Assembly (NCBI GenBank): GCA_040437565.1
Contig: JBDOQK010000007.1
Span: 682,001 to 724,188 of the forward strand
Length of the DNA stretch: 42,188 nucleotides
Reading direction: 5' to 3'
DNA from: Albugo candida
Taxonomy: Eukaryota
Shown here: one piece after another, positions 34,064 to 42,188 of the stretch
Position numbering within the stretch: position 1 is the first letter of the stretch
Layout: the number at the start of each line of letters is the position of its first letter
Position numbers and translations under genes: made by a program
The notes under the pieces: model-generated
The model's input: the letters and a program-made list of their open reading frames with translations, nothing else
What the model was told of the DNA's origin: nothing
The model's database searches: none

Positions 34064-34857
34064 TTCGCGAGAGTGTTGAAAAGAGGGCTCGAATTATTAC
34101 AACGTTACTCGTATTATCAGATTCCATGATTTGTACGCATTGCATGCTGAATGGCTTCAAACGATGCACCGTCCACGCTTCATCCAGTAGATCGTACTGT
34201 TTGATTAATTAAGTTGATGCTTAGTTTCATTGCCTCTAATCGCTTGAGGAAACCTTCCACTATCTATAATGAACTTCTTTAATATCACGAATAGAGGTAT
34301 GTGCCTTCATTTTATTAGGATGGGCGAGTTAACGCAAGAACTTACTACGTCAACAATACAATCGTACGTTTTACTGCTACATCGCTTTTCTCAGTCCACT
34401 TCTACATAGTCCTAGTCAGCTATTGATCGTTGAATCAAAATAATCACGCTTCATATTTTTTTTCCATTTCTAGAACGGCGCTGCCAAAAGACCTCTACCT
34501 TACTTTTCCATCCTACGGTTTAGTGGAGCCGAGCGGGTCACAACTCATTATCAAATTAACCCTTCAGTTTTAATGCTCATTGCAATATTGAAATTTGGCT
34601 TTTCGCATTGCACTCTAGTAATGGAGGTATCGACAAATTCCCTTTCATTGTATATCATACTAAAGATTCAAGCACGATTGATTCAGATACTGGTTGTACA
34701 AACAATTCACTCGCTTGGAAAGTGGAAAAACCCCGATTACTTCGGAAAGGACGATACGCCCACTTTTTTCGGATTGGAGAGAAAGGGAGTAGATTTTATC
34801 AAATCGAAAAATTGCGATGTAGTCAACCAGAGTGCTGGTATTGATGCTTTTGTTCAA

Positions 34858-37487
34858 GGAGCCCGGTATAGACACACACCCTTTTAGGTATAGCCGCACC
34901 CCCTAATTGAATTGAGAACACCAGTATCATTACACCCTCTAAAAATCCTTGATAATTGAGAACCGGTATCGGCACACTCTATTTTCAAATTCGCTATATG
35001 CACCTATTTACATTACTATAAAGACGCTAAGGTAGATACCCTGTCCTCACTATGCCACTTGCTTCACCCCCGGAACACACCTATGAGACTTATGAGATTG
35101 CGGAAGAGGCAGTACAAACCTTTGCGTGGCAAGAAGGCTATTCAACAAAGAAAGGTCGCACAAAGGCCGACAAGTACGGAAATACTAGGGAATTGTGGCT
35201 TTCTTGCGTCCACGGTGGTCGTTACAAAAACAAAGGTACGAGGATCCGCCAAACATCAACGTGGCTTCTAATGTGCCCATGGTTAGTCACCATCAGCGCC
35301 AACTGAGTCAAAATTTTGTACAAGAATGGAGAGTGAGTGTGGTCGTTGCAACTCACAATCATGAGGCAGTAGAAAATCTTTCAGCATTCCCAGAAGCCAG
35401 GGTATTGAACCAGCTGCAGAAGCAGCAGATTCTGGACTTGACAAAAGGTGGAGCGCCTCCTCGGTTGATTTTGAGTACGATGAAGAGGTCTGATCCTGCT
35501 TTTCCTGCCACCGGGCAAGACATTTACAATGTTCGAAAACGTGAACGAGCGGAGTTTCTCCTTGTCGTAGCTCTCTTGAAGCATTGTTGGACACACTAGA
35601 GGAAGATGCCATTAGGCATGAGCTTGATCGGGACCCCTCATCGGGTCAATTAATCGCCTTTTGATTGAACCTAAGCCTTGTACTCGACAGACAATGATTT
35701 TTCTTCGGGTAAAGTTCTTATAGCAGATTCGACATACGAAACCAACCGNNNNNNNNNNNNNNNNNNNNNNNNNNNNNNNNNNNNNNNNNNNNNNNNNNNN
35801 NNNNNNNNNNNNNNNNNNNNNNNNNNNNNNNNNNNNNNNNNNNNNNNNGGCATGAGCTTGATCGGGACCCCTCATCGGGTCAATTAATCGCCTTTTGATT
35901 GAACCTAAGCCTTGTACTCGACAGACAATGATTTTTCTTCGGGTAAAGTTCTTATAGCAGATTCGACATACGAAACCAACCGGTGAGTAAAATGCTTTCC
36001 AATTATTCTTTGCTCAACATCAACCAAGAGAAGACAAAATTTCCAGTTTTTAAACGCCATCGCTCCATGTCATGGGTGTGGCATGCACAAACCAGTCATA
36101 TTCCTTTTGCTATGTTTTCTTGGGACACGAATCAGAAGGTGATTACATTTGGGCACTTCGGCAAATAAGGAGAGCTTTTCAAGATAGAATCACTGGTCCG
36201 ATTGTCATTGCCACTGACAGAGAATTGGAATTGATGGCTGCAATCTCACGGGTTCTACCAGAAGCGAAGAATCCGGCTTTGCCATATGGCTAATTAATAA
36301 GAATGTCCTGGCAAACGCTAAAAAGCACTTTGCGAATGACGAAGACTGAAACAAAGTTATCAAAAAGTGATACGGATTGTACTGCTCATCCACTGAACAG
36401 GATTTCGAAGAGAATTGGGTGCTCAAAGATGCTATTAATGAGACTGGCTATGCATAGTTACATTCTACATGGATTCCGCACAAGCAGAAATTAATGGACC
36501 AAAAATTAAGCATTTCGGGCATGTCCCTACATCTCGCGTTGAAGGCGGACATGCAACCTTGAAGAAATGGATTGCAGTTTCAACAGGGGATTTGGCAACA
36601 GTTATGAAAAATTGGTTCTCGCAGCTCAACAGCAGTGCCAAGGAATAAGTCAAATGCATACGATCGTTCACACATTATAGTCCACCTTAGTGGGAGCTTC
36701 TGGACAACTGTGAAGAGAAAGATTTCACATTATGCATTGAATGAAGTATGGAAAATATGCATTGACCATATTTTCTTTTCTGCAAGTCTTCAAGCAGTAT
36801 CAAAAGGCACTATCGATGAAGAACAATGAAAAGTGCACTAGAACATTCACGAGCACTAAAAGATTGCCGTGCTCTCATGCCATCAAAGAGCTGCAAAAGA
36901 TGGGTCAATGTTGCATGAAGCTCTTTAGTATGAGCACTGGTGGCTTTAAATGCCTGAACATCTCAAACTACATCATGCAATGCATTGTCAGGAAAAAACA
37001 AGCTTTTCGGACATTATGAAAAAGTTGCAAGAGCGTCATTCGGACTTGACGCCACACAGGCAGCGCTTTTTTGAGGAGGACCTCGATTGCCTTGCATCTC
37101 TTCCAGGCCCAGGGGTAAATGATCCTGCCGCAGTGGCCTCACGAGGACGATCGAAAGGGTCAACGAGTACCAAACGAGATCTGTCCGCATGAGTACGTTG
37201 ATTGGGAGTGGCAAAAACTGCCAAAACGAAGATGCGGGGCCTGCAACCAAGAAGGTCACAACAGGCGCACATCTCCACAACCCAAAATTAACAAAACATA
37301 CTTGTAATAATTTAGGGGTGTGGCGATACGGATTCTTAATCTAATTCTAATGTAAGGAATTTGGCGAGTGTGCCGATACCGGATCTCATTTATCAAGAAT
37401 ATTTAGAGGGTTTAACGATACCGGTGCTCTCAATTAAGTGAAGGGGTGTGGCTATACCAAAAAGGATGTGTGGCTATACCGGGTTCC
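34858..37487 (+). mobile_element. Complete MULE (Mutator-like) DNA transposon
   Basis: About 120-bp imperfect TIRs (ggagcccggtatag… / …ctataccgggttcc), 8-bp TSD ttgttcaa at 34850-34857 and 37488-37495, internal transposase. Confidence 0.95.
35052..37307 (+). pseudogene. MULE transposase pseudogene
   Basis: C…CPW…HNH N-terminal domain; IADSTYETNR|F*TPSLHVMG across GT-AG intron 35983-36046; ATDRELELMAAI; TSRVEGGHATLK; SWIM-like CTRTF…LPCSH; C-terminal CGACNQEGHNRRT; several stops and frameshifts. Confidence 0.92.
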
Positions 37488-39736
37488 TTGTTCAAACCTA
37501 GAGGGACGGGTCAAGAAAACTGTTTCGAACTCAGACGATTCGGGTATGATCTGATCAATAAATACAGAAAGGAAAGTGAGGAAAATGGTCATATATACAA
37601 GCTCAGATGAGACCATGCTCACCATCAAGTTTGATCAGATCAACAAAATCGTTTTATTGTGAGCTCACTAGCTATAATGTTTGTCAATTTGACAGGAAGT
37701 CGCTGGATCGTTCTATGGTTTGCGCAGAAGCTACATTTAAATCACTACAAGCAATTCAACAAGTGCACTCTAATCGTGCATATCTTTTGATCTTTTCCCT
37801 TTATAGGCTTACGATGCTGTTATAGCTGCAATCATGGAAGAAGCACCAAATTCAAAATTTGATGACCTCAATGGCTTTAACTGCGATAAAATCAAATATA
37901 TTTAGCTTCCGACGTATGAAAACAAATTTTAAGAACACGAGCATTTATCGACTAACAGATGCTAATTATTTTAAGGAATCTGTCCTATCCAAAAATAGAT
38001 GCTTCCTGGCAGTGCAAAAACTCCGAAAGAAAAAACAATACATGGCCGCTTGGTGGTCAATTTATCAAAACTCATCAAAAATTACGACGCCGTGCTATGG
38101 ACATCACCAAAAGAACAAATTTACCTCAATATTATTTAGAACGTGACATTGATATCTACCCAGATGACTCGCTACAATCAAATCTCTTTTCTTTTCGTCT
38201 GCACCTTGTTTCTCATTGTACGACATGGAATACAAATTTTGTCGTATCATTCAGCTGACTAATGCGATATTGTTGAGCGCCTCCCCACTCATGCCACAAG
38301 CTCACTTTTGTAAGCTAGATAAATACGATTTAGGGTGAAGGCCGTGTAAATACAAAATGTTGGATTGCAACTCGAATACATTTACTTGGTTGGACCTCAA
38401 CAATTCTAATGCTCTCTCAGGTTAGCGTTCTTCTATGGGTTCTCTTTGTTGCGTTCACGTCTACAGCTTTCTTGATCCAGTAAGATCGCANNNNNNNNNN
38501 NNNNNNNNNNNNNNNNNNNNNNNNNNNNNNNNNNNNNNNNNNNNNNNNNNNNNNNNNNNNNNNNNNNNNNNNNNNNNNNNNNNNNNNNNNTTTATTGTGA
38601 GCTCACTAGCTATAATGTTTGTCAATTTGACAGGAAGTCGCTGGATCGTTCTATGGTTTGCGCAGAAGCTACATTTAAATCACTACAAGCAATTCAACAA
38701 GTGCACTCTAATCGTGCATATCTTTTGATCTTTTCCCTTTATAGGCTTACGATGCTGTTATAGCTGCAATCATGGAAGAAGCACCAAATTCAAAATTTGA
38801 TGACCTCAATGGCTTTAACTGCGATAAAATCAAATATATTTAGCTTCCGACGTATGAAAACAAATTTTAAGAACACGAGCATTTATCGACTAACAGATGC
38901 TAATTATTTTAAGGAATCTGTCCTATCCAAAAATAGATGCTTCCTGGCAGTGCAAAAACTCCGAAAGAAAAAACAATACATGGCCGCTTGGTGGTCAATT
39001 TATCAAAACTCATCAAAAATTACGACGCCGTGCTATGGACATCACCAAAAGAACAAATTTACCTCAATATTATTTAGAACGTGACATTGATATCTACCCA
39101 GATGACTCGCTACAATCAAATCTCTTTTCTTTTCGTCTGCACCTTGTTTCTCATTGTACGACATGGAATACAAATTTTGTCGTATCATTCAGCTGACTAA
39201 TGCGATATTGTTGAGCGCCTCCCCACTCATGCCACAAGCTCACTTTTGTAAGCTAGATAAATACGATTTAGGGTGAAGGCCGTGTAAATACAAAATGTTG
39301 GATTGCAACTCGAATACATTTACTTGGTTGGACCTCAACAATTCTAATGCTCTCTCAGGTTAGCGTTCTTCTATGGGTTCTCTTTGTTGCGTTCACGTCT
39401 ACAGCTTTCTTGATCCAGTAAGATCGCAACAAATCGTGCATTCCTGTAGATGACTATTGTGGCTCTCATCTCATCCATTTCCTAGCGCATACTGTTAGCA
39501 ATGCGACAACTTTTCGATAATTGACTTGACTTCTCCTACAAATATCAGTACTGCGTTGTTAATCGTGCTCTCTATCTACGCAAGTATCCGATACCCCGGA
39601 AAAAGATTTCATTAATTCTTCAGACGTAAGATTGCGCCTGAAATTTGGAGTGATTGATACATGTTCTAGACAAATTTGAGACAGTTCTATTCAGCAGCTA
39701 TTTATAGCTGTGAACCCTTCTATCCGAGCCTTCACT

Positions 39737-42060
39737 TTTTTTTCAAGATTTTGTAACCCTGTTCTTCACCTAATCTCTTTGGATAGCCGTTGCACCTTAG
39801 AATTATTATGAGCATTTAAGCGGCGGCATCAAGTCGGTATTAGCGGACTCAAGCTTTCGCTTATGCCTGAATGTTTCTTTATTCCGGTAAATCAATTCCT
39901 GGCTATTGTAGAGACCTTGGGTGAATTATTTCCATATGAAGCCGTCTTGTGCTATACCTGACAGGGCGTAGAGATCCGCTGTAGTGCGGAGACCGATAGT
40001 GGATATTGTGTCGAGACGTAGGTCCCTGTCGAGAATGGTTGGGAGGCATGTCGGTGTAGCACCCCGATATTTGGACATGTTCATAGTATCGGAGCATCTT
40101 CAGCTGAGCTGGAATAGGCTGCGCGCGGCGAAGAATATGGCCAAAAAGCCTTCATCGAGACCTCCTCATGTTGACCCGAAGTGGTTTTGTCTTACAATGC
40201 TTGTACAAATCCGCGTTGCCAATGTGTTAAAGGTAGAGGATACGGAGAACGCGGCAACATGACGACAGTGATACGCTACAAGACTGCCAATGTCGCGGTA
40301 TGTGAGACCCCATGTTCCACAATTGTGTAAAAGAATAGGTAACGCATAGAAATTGTATAAGTGAACGCGTAATGTTTCTGGAAGGAGGTGAGGATGAAGC
40401 CAGAAGTTCCAAAATCTTTTGAAGGCACTTATTGAGTGAGCTTTTAGTAGCTGTAGGTCTTCAAGTAGTCGTATTAGCTTGCTAACGGAGCGCCAAATTT
40501 CGTTGGTCGTGTTCGGTGCACGATCAGTAGTCGTTCGCTCAGTCCATATCATCAGCAAACACAATGGTTTTGAGATCCCGTACTCAAAAGTGGAGGTGGT
40601 GGCATAGATCTCGTAGTACCGCCTTCAAGTAGACCACGAAAAAAAGTTGGGAAAGTGCATCTTCTTGAGGTGTACCATGATTACTGGCGAAAGTTGAGTA
40701 GCAATTCATACCAAGGCAGAGTCGGAGGGTAGTGGCGCTGATGAGAGCTTTATCATTTGGACCTCGTCTGGATCCAAAATCGAGTCAAGAACTATCAGCA
40801 ATTTATGTCGATTATTGGTGTCAAAAGCCTTGCTGACGTCAAACTGACGTTATGGTGAAGCTTCTTGGAGCATGTAAATCGCTTCTGGAAGCGACGCGGT
40901 AGGGTGAGATTCCCTCTGTGGGTCCAGAGTGCATCAGCTGTGCTTCGAGCGACTCGAAAGCCGCTCTGATTAGGTGAGACACACTTCTCCACTTTGTACT
41001 TGTGCGATTCAGAATGACCGTGGATATGGTCTTACGAGTGGTGCTGAGAAAGGTGATGGGTCGAAGGTTGACACAGCTTACCGTCATTATATTAGGCTTC
41101 GGAACGATTATGATAGCACCATGGTTGAGGCTTTTGCAAATGGATAGAGTGGGAATCTGGAGATGATGATTGATTGCTTAGCGAGGAATTCGACAATACT
41201 GGGAGACTATACTTCAGTACTTCAGCTGAACCATGATCTACGCCTGGTGCGCGATTGTCATTCAGAGACTGCAATGCTTTTGTAACTTCGTCCTTATTAA
41301 TAGATCAGGCCATGCTGTATTTCCCGAGAGAGACGTCGCTGAGATGGGGTTGATAAAACTGGGCTGAATAAAAATTCTCAATGATTTGTACATTTTCCCT
41401 GGAGTTTCCAATGACACGCTCGTACTGGACACGTATAAGAAACGCATGAATAATGCTGACCGCGTTTGTAGCGTAAGCTGTCGGACTATCTGATACATCT
41501 GCTCCGTTTATTTGTATTTTGCGAGACCCATAATATGCTGGGTAAAACGAAGTCTGCCAGCCTCCTTGCACTTTTGTCGGATGGTTCGCAGCAAGGCTTG
41601 TCCACGAGATGGATAAAGCAGCAAGTCGACAGGTTCATTTCTATTCTGATCAGAGCAAGAAGACGTTTTTGCGCACAAGAAAGCTTGGCTATCTCATTGC
41701 TGTGACCGGACTGATTTCTAGTATCAATCTTGGGTCGTATTATGGTATTCGCGATGGCTTGATGCGATCTAGTACCGATGGCCATTCTAGTGAATCAGAG
41801 GACCATTTCTGCACAAAGTTATGTTGTTTTGTCTGCCATTATTGAATCTCAAACGCTATGCGAAGCGAACTCTGCATCCTACTCAGTATTTACCTGATAG
41901 TTGGACAGGATATGTCCTATTGTCCCGTCTTCTGAAGTCGATTTTTCTAGTTCTTCTCACTGCCCCAAATCGATGTTACAAAAAACACATGAGCCTGTAA
42001 TCCACGAGCATGTGAATTTGGACCAACAAATTTTTTGAAAGCCAGACATTATCAGAACAG
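39737..42060 (-). mobile_element. Degenerate non-LTR retrotransposon (RTE-like LINE), RT region and 3' end
   Basis: NNRAPGVD-like NDNRAPGVD…AEVLK, NLRPITFLS…K…ILNR, NQSGFRVARSTAD, DVSKAFD, GTPQEDALS, FADD, LYNFYALPILLHNCGTW; short A-tract at the 3' end; 5' boundary uncertain. Confidence 0.88.
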
Positions 42061-42188
42061 CGCATAAAACATCTCAATCAAATCTTTTAAAACCGCCTTT
42101 TCTTAAAATTCAATGAGATATGTGTGCTAAAACACCTAACATTGTCACCTTTATTCAAAAATAATGTTTTTTTCTGTCCACCGTTATC

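Noticed and set aside
37600..39430. Short ORFs of 95-99 aa present twice
   Set aside because: The second copy is a gap artefact; AT-rich and no recognisable domain
1..42188. CRISPR arrays, prokaryotic operons or defence systems, RXLR/CRN effector genes
   Set aside because: No regularly spaced repeats, the sequence is eukaryotic with spliceosomal introns, and I saw no signal peptide followed by RXLR-dEER or LFLAK

Overview
Eukaryotic, repeat-dense scaffold segment, by inference from an oomycete such as a downy mildew (GT71 mannosyltransferase fragment, oomycete-like LINE ORF1, 55-64 nt introns). No intact protein-coding gene is evident. The window is a nest of decayed transposable elements: two full-length Ty1/copia elements (14816-19961 +, CTACC TSD; about 28096-34063 -), a third copia fragment, one full-length Ty3/gypsy element (20973-26353 -) and a gypsy integrase fragment, a complete MULE with TIRs, 8-bp TSD and an intron-containing dead transposase (34858-37487), other MULE and pogo-like remnants, four 3' ends of an L1-like LINE family (one copy with a 16-bp TSD), an RTE-like LINE (about 39737-42060 -) and tRNA-derived SINEs. 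Host gene remnants are an NADH-cytochrome b5 reductase pseudogene and a GT71 fragment. Twelve 100-N gaps are present; ten are flanked by exact duplications (assembly artefacts). The most curious signals are a 145-bp hairpin, a 14-nt inversion between the two gypsy LTRs, a conserved LINE 3' stem with a constant GA junction, and a possible SINE/LINE shared 3' tail. I found no convincing wholly new biological system.
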